This document shows, in pieces, positions 1-11,616 of a stretch of 64,000 nt of DNA (the first letter of the stretch is position 1; each line of letters begins with the position of its first letter). Below the pieces are notes generated by a model. The model had not been told where the DNA came from. It saw only the letters and a list, made by a program, of their open reading frames with translations, and made no database searches. The stretch is taken from the NCBI GenBank assembly GCA_012295275.1, contig CM022679.1, forward strand, positions 26,412,001 through 26,476,000. Direction: 5' to 3'. The DNA is from Chrysomallon squamiferum. Lineage: Eukaryota; Animalia; Mollusca. Made by a program: the position numbers and the translations under genes.

Positions 1-432
1 TTTTTTATTATTATTATTATTATTAAATTTTACTATTAAATATGTCTTTGTAGTTTCTTTACACGTTTTATCTTCTTCCTCTTCTATTCTGTTTTATTTA
101 AGTAATTATTAATAAATTGTTTCTTTAACTTCTTTTCATTATTATCGTTCTTATTGTTTGTAATATCTTGAATTTAATATCTAAGTAATTATAAAGAACA
201 CTAAAAAATAAAAATTGTTTGGCTTCAGGTCATTTCCAATCATATTTTTGGTTGCGTTCGGAGACGAATGGTCGAAAATAATACGTATTCTCCCGTTCTC
301 AGTAATTTCAATACGGTTTCAATAATTTCAGCATAACACCTTGTTATTCATCTTAACATCAAATGTGCATACAGTGTAAATATTCTTTATAATTGTAAAT
401 AGCAATAAAACTGATGACGTCAAAGATTTTAC

Positions 433-570
433 CTGTAATTAACGGACGATAGTTCGATATGTTGTAAGCGGCTTGCCCCGTGGATTCTATTCTTTGCGCT
501 GAATTGACAAATGGTTGTAAGTACCAGTCAAACGACCTGATTTTCACATTTCGAATTAATTTGTCAAAAC
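433..570 (-). pseudogene. Orphan copy of sulfotransferase coding exon 3 with a destroyed splice acceptor
   Basis: 138 nt, same length as exon 20357-20494. Translation FDKLIRNVKIRSFDWYLQPFVNSAQRIESTGQAAYNISNYRPLIT matches FDIWVRNSKIRSFDWYLQAFDKPAQKIESTVQAAYNISNYHPLIT. Donor gtaaaa is intact; acceptor ttacAG has become ttacAC (position 571). Flanking intron sequence is also similar. Confidence 0.85.
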
Positions 571-572
571 GT

Positions 573-573
<1 letters not shown>

Positions 574-627
<54 letters not shown>

Positions 628-657
628 TAATAATAACAACAACAACAACAACAACAG
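574..657. repeat. (TAA)n/(CAA)n microsatellite
   Basis: Direct reading; source of the poly-I/V/T ORFs. Confidence 0.95.
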
Positions 658-1022
658 TCAATGTAATATACCAATAACAATAATATTGATAAATAAGTAG
701 TAAGTAAGTAAATATATTAATAAATAAATAAATACAATAAAAAATTTAAATTAAATCCATTACAGAAATAAATCATGCGAAGATTTTCTTTTATTATATT
801 TTTATATGTATACAATAGAAATAAAAGTGTAGAAATGATATCTGAAAATTAAATAAATAAACAACATAGGAAAGAAATAGAAAACTAAAGTCGATATTAC
901 TGAAGATACAAATATATTTGTTGTGTGTAGTTATTCATTTTTTTTAAATTTTCTAATTATTATTTTCTCGTCTGATGTTGTTGTGGTTGTTGCTATTGAT
1001 ATTGTTGTTTTTCTTATTTTTG

Positions 1023-1060
<38 letters not shown>

Positions 1061-1249
1061 ATTATTATTATTATTATTACAAGCTTATTTATTTATTATG
1101 AATTTGTATTTGTATATATGTATTTTTTTATGTAGAGATGTATAGATATATGTATGCATACATGTATATATGTATGTGTATCAGTGTAAGTATTTTAGGA
1201 CTGAATATTCTTTGTCTTATGTATGTCTGATTAGACAGGACACAAGGGA

Positions 1250-1369
1250 AGTCAGTGGCACAGGAAGACGACGTTCATTAAGACATCACAAACCGTGTCA
1301 GCTACGAGACTTGAACGCATGCTGCCTGTTCTCCTGCTCTCTCAACTCGGACCTTACCACGCGGCTGTC
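1250..1369 (-). mobile_element. Possible tRNA-derived SINE head
   Basis: GC-richer island; the minus strand reads GACAGCCGCGTGGTAAGG (A-box-like) ... GCGTTCAAGTCTCG (B-box GTTCRANNC). No second copy in the window. Confidence 0.35.
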
Positions 1370-2089
1370 AACACAACCTTAAAACGTTTGCTCAGCAACC
1401 GAGACTAACCATCACTTCACACGAAGCGTCATTCTTCTATGCTTCTTTTTTTTTTTTTTTTTTTTTTGGTATTATCTCTTTATCTCTGTATTTATTTATT
1501 TATTTGTATATTTTATTTATTTATTTATTTATTTTATTTTATTTATTTTTATTTATTTATTCATTATTTCATTAATTCATTCATCCATTCATTCTTTCAT
1601 TCATTCATTTATTTATTTAGTTTCAGCCATATTTTCTGTACAATATATGTGTATATTTTTTTTTCAATTATCGTTGTTCTTATTCTTGACAGTATCTGGA
1701 ATCTGGTATCCAATAAATTAGGAATGAACTATTTCAACAAGAAATTCTCTTTGCAATTAAAACTAATTAAAGATAAAATTTCTCTGGTATCATTAAAACA
1801 AGGGCTGGACGAGCTGGACTCGGTTCACTCGAGCTGAATGCAAACACACGACTGAACCGAGCTAATTTGTGCGGCAATGTAAACGTCGCTGTAGTATAAA
1901 CATTAATTAAGAATTGGTTTACGATTTTCACACAGTTCATCTCTATTAATGAGAAACAACATAAATTTAATAATTGATTATAGAAAAAGTTTCTTCTTTT
2001 TTCTTCTTTTCACTCGAGACAACGGTTTAAACAGTTTGTAATATATATTTATGTCTGCCGCTCGAACTGAATCTGTCAGCGTGACCCAG

Positions 2090-2350
2090 TCGCTGATACA
2101 AGCTGCCCTTTGCGGTTAACACGTTGTTCAAGGTTGACCCATTTTCACGATGATCGTGAAATATTTGTCGTGTGAGACAAGCTCCATAGAAAAGGGAGGA
2201 TATTTACTTGTTAAGTGACAAATACGTTATAATGTCAATTTTCAGTATGCTCGGGTAAGTTAATGATAATTATATTGCTGTTGTCGTTTACAGTTTAAGC
2301 CATTAGTGACACTGAATACCGTGTCAGTCAAAACGCTGACACTAATAATT
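2090..2350 (+). promoter_or_regulatory. Conserved upstream block of TRIM copy 1 with a putative 5'UTR splice donor
   Basis: Similar to 10940-11180 (GCGGTTAACACG..TTCAAGG; TCAGTATGC..G|GTAAGTTAATGATAATTATATT). Consensus donor GTAAGT at 2255 is retained in both copies. Confidence 0.45.
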
Positions 2351-3339
2351 AACTAGATAGTACTGTATTGGAAAAGAGTTTACTAAATTTTAATTTTTTA
2401 TTCTTTTTATAGTTTGTTGTTATCATTTGAGTTATTTTCTTTCCTACATATATCGGTTTAAAGAACGGATTTAGCTTTTTAAAAAGAAGGAAAGGCAACT
2501 CTATTTTACGGTTCAGGAAATAGAATGTGAAACTAATAAAACAGTTTTACATTAAACATGATAATATACTTATTATTATTATTATTTTGAAGAAAAAAAT
2601 GTTATTTGTATTGTATTCAAAATGTTCTCATTGTTTTATTCTTATATTAGTTATTAAAATGAAAATGTTATCAAAGTAAACGTGTAGTGTTTATCTTGAT
2701 TCAACGAAAATACCACCACTGTAACTTCCTGCTTGCTATTATTATGTTAACCGCTAAGCTATGGAGGCTAAGTTTTAAAATTCTTTAACTCCAGAAATCT
2801 TATCAAATCTATTTTTTGTAGCGGTATCTCTGTGTATAGAAGAAAAGAATGACACCAGTATAGTTAAACACAAATTGTTCATATGAAATAAACACAACAG
2901 CAGTCAACTGTAAGCGAGGAACAGGTTTAAGTAGGTGACACTTTTAGCGTATTTGTTAATATTACTCTTATCTAACTGGCTAACACTGGTTTACACAAAC
3001 AAACGATTAATTCCACTTAATAACATTAACTTTTAATACAGACGTAACAACAGTATCCTGATAGGGCTAGAATTGACAGCTTCAACGTAATTGCTCCAGA
3101 TTCTGTTTTACACTGGTTTGTTCAAAGTAGAAGAAAGATACAAACAAACACCTATTTATTTGCCTGAATATTCATTTCTGAGTACATTAGTTATAGTTAC
3201 AATAAAACATTCCTGTTATGCATTATTTCCTCATTGCTATTAGTAGTATTATTATAATTATGATCCGAGAGAGAGAAAAAAGGTTGTATGACATTTGAGA
3301 GACAGGTAAACGCAATTAACTTTGTCAAACTACTTCTGT

Positions 3340-4196
3340 AATGATCTGTGTTTATTATTTCGATAAAGTTAAAGTTGATGTCTCTCGGTTACAGTTTAAC
3401 TGAGAGTTTTGGAGAAAAAGTCTTCTCTTGTAAATTTATTTAATGTTTTTACAGGTAAATGAATATTAAATGAACAACAAATGATTTCTACAAGTTTCAC
3501 TGTATAGAGTAACAGAGGTGATAAGCACATAAATTGTTATTTCATAGTTGCAGTCGATCTGTCGTCGTTCAGTGAAAATTGAGACAATAAAATAAAACTT
3601 TACAAAACATTTGAGCGCCGCCATTGTACACCTGGAGTCGTGACCTTATCATTAACATAACAGCTATATTTTATTCAAAGTACCAGGAGTTTTGATGAAT
3701 AATCTTGATGATTTTTTCAATAAAGTTAAAGCTGCTTTCGATCGAAAATGTTTCAAATGACAACTCTGAAAAATGTGTTCTCATTTAAATTTATTTTTTT
3801 GTTTTAATATTTATATAGAGAAATAAATGTGTAAAAACATGTCACTATTGTTATTAAGTTAACAGGTTTCAATTTAAAGTGTCACACAGGCGATACAAAG
3901 AAAAGACCATTTTTTATGCTTTAAGTCATTATTTTTAATTGTAGGCGACCTATCACAGCTCACTATCATACTGTGACAATAAAATAAAATAAAACTTTAA
4001 AAAACAATACAACGCCGTCGTGACCATTTACAAGAGAGTTGCATTTTAATAATAATAATAATAATAATAATACATAATTTGTACGTCTCAAAAAACACTT
4101 GACCATTTACAAGAGAGTTGTATTTTATTAATAGTAATAATAATAATAATAATAAGAAGAATAATACATAATACATAATTTGTACGTCTCAAAAAA
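3340..4196. repeat. Local tandem duplications upstream of the TRIM copy 1 CDS
   Basis: About 3340-3650 resembles about 3700-4030. GACCATTTACAAGAGAGTTG...TACATAATTTGTACGTCTCAAAAAAC occurs twice (4022, 4101). The corresponding region appears single-copy in TRIM copy 2. Confidence 0.7.
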
Positions 4197-4567
4197 CTGT
4201 CACCAAATACACATGTTAAAATGATTTATTAGTAATACTGTATTAGACATTAAGGAGTTTAAATGATACGACTTTGTTCATAGTATTTAGGTATGTTAGG
4301 CTCTTTCCCATGAGAAACTAACACAATACAGCGACTTTATCTAGAAACGACATCAGTTATTATATTTGACTTAATTATCGCTAGGATAATAAATAAACCT
4401 TTCAGTGGTACGTCAAAATATTTTACTATTTTATTGATTTGATTTCTAAGTTGTTTTTCATATATTCGAACAGGTAATATGGAATGATATTGCACTGAAG
4501 ATATGACAAGCCTGCTTCTACAGATATTTCTTGATACGAATTCCACGACACTTTAATATGACCCACA

Positions 4568-5939
4568 ATGGCTGAAAGTTGTGTTGTACCATTAATAGAA
4601 ATTCGAGACGAGTTTGTTATATGTGAAATTTGTTTAGACTATTTTAATGACGGAGATAAACAACCACGTATTTTACCATGTCACCATAGCTTTTGTTGTC
4701 AATGTTTGACGTCAGTGTGGAAGAATTCGCCAGAGGGAGTAACATGTCCCAACTGTCGACAAATATGGCCTGTTCAAAATAATATCGAGAAAACATTTCC
4801 ACAAAACAAAGTGTTGACAGATTTGGTTGAGTATGTAAGAATTAAGAATAATGCTGGAGAAATACCGTGTCAAGTATGTTCCAATAAACAGAAAGCAACC
4901 ACCCAATGTTTCGATTGTGATACTCACATGTGTGAAACATGCACATCATATCACATGAAATTTCCAAGTTCAAAGCATCACAAGACAGTTTCTATATCAC
5001 AACTGGCGGAAATTCCACAATCTGAATTTTTCCACAGGAAGGATATATGTACAAATCACGAAAATATGAAAGTTGATGTTTACTGCAAGACGTGCTGTAC
5101 AGCTGTCTGCTCTACGTGTGCACTCGTGTCTCACAGAGATCACGAAATCTGTAATCTGAAAGATGTCTACAGCGAGAAGAAGGAAAAGATCAAATCCACT
5201 TTATGTAAGTTACAGACGTCCATAGAGAAATCAAAATCGTACACTGATAAACTGACTCGCGAAAAACAAACACTGGATGAGACAGAAGAAGAAAGTCTAA
5301 TGAAAATAGATGAAGCCAGTAAAGAAATCATTAAAAAGATTCAAGATTTGACACAACAGTTGAAAGACGAAGTTGTTAGAAATGTTGACAAACAGAAAAG
5401 TGATCGAGATGAACAGATAAAAGTGGTGACTCGGTCGATAAAAGAGAAAAGTGAACATCTTCTACACTGTCAACAAGCCTTGCAGTTCGCACGTCAGGTC
5501 GAATTTACTGAAATGTTTGAGTGTCTCAAAAACCAAACAACAAATTTGATCAAGTACGGAGAACTCGTTGATTTAAAGATAAAGAAAATCGACTTACAGT
5601 TGGATGTATTTGAACGTATTGATAATGTCATAAAGAAGACTGCACTGATGTTTGACAAGTCAGAGATGATACCCTGTATTGAGATGGCAGACGCTGTTGT
5701 AGAACGAGAATCTTGCGTTCTCAAAGTCAGACTCATCTCAAAGAAAAAGAAATCACAGTCAGAAGCTGTTATTGAAACTCCTGGTGAAACGCACGAAACT
5801 GATAGAAAACGTCTAACAACGTCCATTTGTGGAAAGCTGTTTTACAAGCCGCGAAGACTCGGTCTTCACAAGACATCAGTCAGTGTTGATAGTTTTTACA
5901 TTGAACATGGCAGTCTCACATTTCACAGCAGAGAGGAGA
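4568..5939 (+). CDS. TRIM copy 1 large coding exon (RBCC plus filamin-like segment)
   Basis: 458-aa ORF; donor A|GTTAGT at 5940; 1372 nt = phase 1. Confidence 0.93.
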
Positions 5940-7849
5940 GTTAGTATTTCAATCTGTGTTTTTATAATTGTGATACAAAACACAAAACTGAGACAAAATA
6001 CACACACACATAAAATAACGAATAATTCGTTTTCTGTTTTCAGCTGTTTAAAAATGTTAAACTTTTCAATCTCAAACTATATGATATTTTCTGCCTATGT
6101 TGATTTACTTGAACGATTCACTGCCATGTATGGGACTGTGTTTCCGTTCTAAATGACTTCTTTCACATTAACAAATATTATTATCGTTATTGTTTATTTT
6201 AGATGCTGAACTGACGAGAAAAGTTCTGATTGGACTTAACGAGCAATCCAACACATTTACTGAAGTATTGTGTGAGTGCAATATGTTTAAATTTCGTTTA
6301 TGCATTAACTGAGAAATATATTTATTAATTTACATTAATTGCATGTCTTTCTATCCAAAAAATGATATGCACACATATGATGATAGATATACATGCTTAT
6401 TATTTATTTTTTCAGTACCCAACGTACAGTTTGATAAAAATGCCTTAAACTGGAAGTATTGTAAGATCACAGATTGTGGTGAATTGATCAACATATCTTC
6501 ACCACTGCCTGACACAGAACAGACCTCTTCACTTAAAACTCTGAGAGGCGCCACAGGAAACAAGACTTTTCACCATCCAGACTGTTATTACTGGCAGACT
6601 GGTGTTGTGTGTAAAGTCCTGTCAAAGGCACAACTTCACAAAGTAGCAGCTCAAATCGGTGTTTGTACACATCAAAATGACGACGAAGCACAGCTAATTT
6701 CAGAAAACAGACACGCCTGGTGTGTAAGTGTTGACACCTGTAGAAACCACAACAGTCTGTGTTTAGACGTTCATTCTCTTCGGAAGGAAATATCTGACAA
6801 ACCCGTTGCAGATTTTAAAAAGAAGAAACAATTCACCGTGAATCTTGGGTTGCTGCTTGACACAAAAAACAAAAAGCTTCACATTATTCGTTTAAATGAA
6901 AACAAATGTGAATACAGTATTCCTCATATCGATGTTTCAAAGCCTCTGATACCAGCATTTGGTGTCCACAATCCTGATATGTTTTGTGTTAAACTGAAAG
7001 TTGTGTCTGCTTATGATGTGTCTCTAAACGATGAGTTACTAAAATTAATCTCTAATTTACTTAAATAATAAAATTATTCTACTGTTTAATTGACAAAAAA
7101 ATATATTCTTATGTTCATGACTTGTTCGCGATTAAATCAGAAACAGACCGAGATAATTATAGTTATATATGTATATTTTTATTATTTTTACAGTACCCAA
7201 CATACAGTTTGATAAAAATACTGTAAACTGGAAGCATTGTAACATCACAGGTTGTGGTGAATTGATCAGAAAATCTTCACTACGACCTGACATAGAACAA
7301 ATAATCAAATTTAAAAACTTTGAAGGTGTTTTAGGAAACAAGACTTTTCACCATCCTGGCTGTTATTACTGGGAGACTTATGTTGTATGTAAAGTACTGG
7401 AAAATGCAGAACTTCACAGAGTAGCAGCTCAAATCGGTGTTTGTACAGAAGAGAATTATAATGATATAAATGCCATTTCAGAAAACAGTCACGCCTGGTG
7501 TGTTACTGTGGCATCTTGTAAAAATCACAAAAGTGTTTGTCTGTATGCTTATTCACGTGGAAAACCTATGTCTGACAATCCGTTCATCGATTTTGAACAC
7601 GAGGCACAGTTTGAACTTACACTGGGATTTTTGCTTGACTTAAAAAATAGAAAACTTCACATTATTCGTGTTAGTGATAACAAATGTGAATACAGCATTC
7701 CTGATATTGATGTTTCAGCGCCTCTGATACCAGTATGTGGAATCTATTGCCGTAACATGTTTGATGTAAAAGTGAAAATTGTTTCTGCTGCTGATGTGTC
7801 TCTAAACGATGAGTTACTCTCGTTAATCTGTAATTTAGCTCAAGAGTAA
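4568..7849 (+). CDS. TRIM E3 ubiquitin ligase copy 1 (RING-Bbox1-Bbox2-coiled coil-filamin-like-B30.2/SPRY), two alternative last exons
   Basis: Exons 4568-5939, 6203-6271, then 6416-7068 (697 aa isoform) or 7194-7849 (698 aa isoform); all junctions GT-AG, phase 1. C3HC4 RING CEIC..PCHHSFCCQC..CPNC; B-box1 CQVC..CFDC..CETC..H..H; B-box2 CTNH..YCKTC..CSTC..H..H; helical K/E/Q-rich coiled coil. Confidence 0.92.
6203..6271 (+). CDS. TRIM copy 1 69-nt linker exon (NAELTRKVLIGLNEQSNTFTEVL)
   Basis: ttttAG acceptor, GTGAGT donor, open in phase 1-1, conserved at 14554-14622; absent from the ORF track. Confidence 0.85.
6416..7068 (+). CDS. TRIM copy 1 terminal exon A, B30.2/PRY-SPRY-like domain
   Basis: ttttcAG acceptor; SPRY-type motifs GNKTF..CYYW, QIGVC, AWCV, LGLLLD..KLHI, PLIPAFG; AATAAA at 7067-7072 overlaps the stop codon. 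Confidence 0.88.
7194..7849 (+). CDS. TRIM copy 1 terminal exon B, second B30.2/PRY-SPRY-like domain
   Basis: tttttacAG acceptor in the same phase as exon A; intact ORF with GVLGNKTF..GCYYWE, QIGVC, LGFLLD, PLIPVCG; ATTAAA right after the stop. Confidence 0.85.
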
Positions 7850-9534
7850 ATTAAAATGTGTAACATGTAGTGTTTGTGATAATTCATGTTTTCATTAAAT
7901 TCAAGTGTAGAAAAGGAAAGAAAATCACAGAATGTTTTTAAATGTTAGGGATGTTGAAACACTTCAGTTGATTGGAAACTTTGTATTTTTTGTGAGTGCT
8001 ACATCGTGTGTATGTATGTGTGTATGTGTGTGTGTGTGTGTATATGCATGTGCATATGAGTGTATGTGTGTGTATGTGTGTGTATGTGCCTGTGTGTGTA
8101 AGTGTATGTATATATGTGTGTTGGTGGGTGTATGTGTGGGGGTGGGGGTGAGTGTGAAACTACATTAAAATATGAAAAACAATGAAGATAGTATCAATCT
8201 AGTTTCATTGTAACCTTTCTTTGTAAAGGTTTTGACTATATTTTATTTTTTGATAATCTTTGTTGTTTCTTTAGCTTTTTATTTTCGTTGTCTTCTTTAA
8301 ATTGTTTTCATTATCGATCTTTTTTTTTATTGATGGTAATATCGTGAATTAATCTCCGATAAATTATAAAAAGAAATAAATAAAAATTAACTAAAATTAA
8401 CTTGCTTTTACGTCATTTCTAATTATATTTTTATTATCAATAAAATTATTTGATATTATATGCTGTAAAATTCAATTAAATGTGAAGTTTGTTTTATTTT
8501 TAGTAAAGATTTAATGCATCTTTTTGCTTTAGTAAACATATTCAGACATTCTAGAATACTGTTTTGAGCTGAATATTTTTGAGAATTAAAGTGACACTGA
8601 CAATGAATGCACTAAGATTTATTTTAGGCAGTATAAGCTGTTCTAGAAAAGATAATGTAATTAACTGAATATTGTTCATTGCTAACCAGTCAAATCAAAA
8701 TGCAAACACCAACAACCAACTTTAACTGGATTCCAATAAACTTTTAACAAGTACTATTACTGTACAGATAAATACATTTCAAGATAAACTAAAATTAAAT
8801 TAAATTTCAAAAATTTTAAAAATGGAATATTTGTACAAAACTGTTTCTCTAAAATATACAAATATATATTATATTTATTTAATATTAAGAAATGTGAATG
8901 TAAGTCTCATTGTGTTATTTTTACTTCTTATTTTTAACCATTATGTACTTTTATGTGCTAGTTACAGTAACACATCTTTGTATTTATGTGGCTTAAATAT
9001 ATTTACTAGTAGGTATTGTAAAACTATTACAACTGATTTATATATTTATACCATGGATAATTAATAGACTTCTCTCTTATCAGATTAATTTTTATATATA
9101 GTTATATTAACATGCATCTATTGTACATATGCAATATATTCTACATTGAAATAAAAAGAGAAAAGTTATAATCAAAGGTGTTATTTAGAATAATTCTCAA
9201 ATGATTTGCGATTACTTGTGTATCCATATTTTCCAGAAATACAAAAAGAGAAAGAAAAAGGAAAACAATAGAAACAGGTTTTCCTACACTGAAAACGTTA
9301 ATTTTCTCCTAGTTCTATGTACGGTTGTTGTTTTTTATATAGATATAATCATATAGACTTACTGGTAGGATTTACAAAGCAATTAGAACTGATTTATAGA
9401 TTTCTATAGATAATCGCAAGATTTCTGTGTTTTATCCTATTAGTTGACTCTTACATTTTTGTTTATTCAAATATATCCTTTGTACATATTATGTTCCATA
9501 TTCTGTAGTGAAAATAAAATAAAATAAAATAAAA

Positions 9535-9586
<52 letters not shown>

Positions 9587-10555
9587 TTAACAAATTAAAA
9601 CAAAAATTAAAAGTAGATTAAATCGCATTTGGTCTGTGATTATTAGTTTTATATTATATCAATATTTTAAACAAGAACAAACAGAAAGCAGATATTTTTA
9701 TGTACTTGAAATGTTTTTAACTGTTGTTAATCTTTCTTTCGTTCTTTTTCTTTTTAAATATACAAGGCTGAAATAATCTGAGTAATGTTGAAACATTTCA
9801 AGTTGAAGAAAATCAGAAGAAAATAATATTTCATTCTATAACTGACAACAAAACTATTCTTAAGTATTTGTGATAATGAGTTTTCATCTTTTCTTCTCTT
9901 TCTTCTTGTAATGTAAATTCAAACAAGTATATTTTCAAGAATGCCTGGTGTCTATATGTTATATGTCAAAGTGAAATTGTTTCTACACAGTCGTGTGAAT
10001 CTAACGTTACTACAGCTTGAATAAAACAATATGCGTATTTACATTTTCGTTTGATTGTCTCTGTTTTAGTGAGTATGTGTGTGTGTATGTATTTGAGGGT
10101 GAAATTCTAAAAACTGTGTGCATATCAGAATGAGTACAATGTTTCTTTCTTTCACTGAACACACTCACACACACACACACACACATGCACACACACACGC
10201 ACGCATACACATAAATATGAATTTGGATCCATTAGTGAAATTCATGCACACTTAAATTATAAATTCTCTTCTACTTAAACTAGGCATATACGTTATCGTT
10301 AAACCTTCCTTTCTAAGGTATTTTAAGGCCATTATTGAATAGGATGAAAATAGAAGAAAAAAAAAATGCGAAACTAATCCAGTTCAGTTTCTTAACAAGA
10401 AATGCTCCTATAGAAATGACAGTTTAATACAATTGATGATGCACAGAAAACTGCACGCGAGCTGGACTCGTATCATTGGAGTTGAATGTAAATTGTATCA
10501 CTGAGGTTGGCCAGCTCTGGATCAGGCGCGGCACCATTGAACAGAGTTAATTTGT

Positions 10556-10710
10556 GTGGCAATGTAAACGTGGATGTAATGTAAACGTGGATGGTAAATA
10601 TAGTGTAAACGTGGATGTAAACGTGGATGCAATGTAAACGTGGATGCAATGTAAACGTGGATGCAATGTAAACGTGAATGTAGTGTAAACGTGGATGTAG
10701 TGTAAACGTT
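10556..10710. repeat. 17-bp minisatellite (AATGTAAACGTGGATGC), about 9 copies, upstream of TRIM copy 2
   Basis: GTAAACGT recurs nine times, mostly at 17-nt spacing (e.g. 10634, 10651, 10668, 10685, 10702). Confidence 0.9.
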
Positions 10711-10939
10711 AAACAAAAACGTCTTGATCAGTGGATCGAGATAACACTAAAGGAGTCTGCACTGAATTATTTCGATTTTCACACATTTTATATGTTCTAG
10801 TAACAAATAATGTAATTTTAACTATGTATAACGGACCTGATTTCTACTTCTTCTTCTTCTTCTTCTTTTCAGTCGTCACAACGATTTTATCAGTTTATAA
10901 AACACCTTTATTTTCTCACGAACTGAACACCGAGTCACT

Positions 10940-11180
10940 GATTCCTACTGCACTTCGCGGTTAACACGTGTTTCAAGGTGACCCACGTTGAACATATATG
11001 TGAAGTAGTTGTTCCATATAAAGGCATAATATTTACTTATTTGGTCACATATACATTATAATGTAAACGTTCAGTATGCCCAGGTAAGTTAATGATAATT
11101 ATATTACTGTTGTTGTTTTCAGTTTCAGCCATTGGCAAACTGTACACAGTGTCAGTCGAAATGCTGACACTAATCATTAA
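10940..11180 (+). promoter_or_regulatory. Conserved upstream block of TRIM copy 2 with a putative 5'UTR splice donor
   Basis: Paralogous to 2090-2350; CAG|GTAAGT donor at 11084. Confidence 0.45.
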
Positions 11181-11501
11181 ATAATAGCAAATTCTTAAAA
11201 GGGTAAACTGAGAAAATAATTTTTTACTTTCTTATTATCATTTGAGTTATTTTCTTTCTTACATAGATGGTTTTAAAGACGGATTTAGCTTTTAAAACAT
11301 TTTCACATTAAACATGATGATATACTTGTTTCCATGTGATAAAAATAATATAACTTATGGGTGATCTAAAAAAAAAAAAAAAAAAAAATTGTCTTTAATG
11401 GTTGGAAATGACAGAAATTATCAATTTACTATACAGTTTTCGATTTTTGTGCATACGATAAAATTTACTGAGGCAGATTAGGTTTTAAAATTCTTTCACT
11501 C

Positions 11502-11616
<115 letters not shown>

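Noticed and set aside
5494-5826. Antisense ORFs over TRIM and cadherin exons (also 4712-4927, 13757-14014, 43440-43751, 47351-47650)
   Set aside because: Shadow frames of real coding exons with no independent features
6343-6415. N-terminal extensions of the SPRY ORFs (also 7169-7193 and 14694-14766) as standalone genes
   Set aside because: These are intron and polypyrimidine sequence upstream of clear acceptors; similarity between exons A and B starts exactly at the AG
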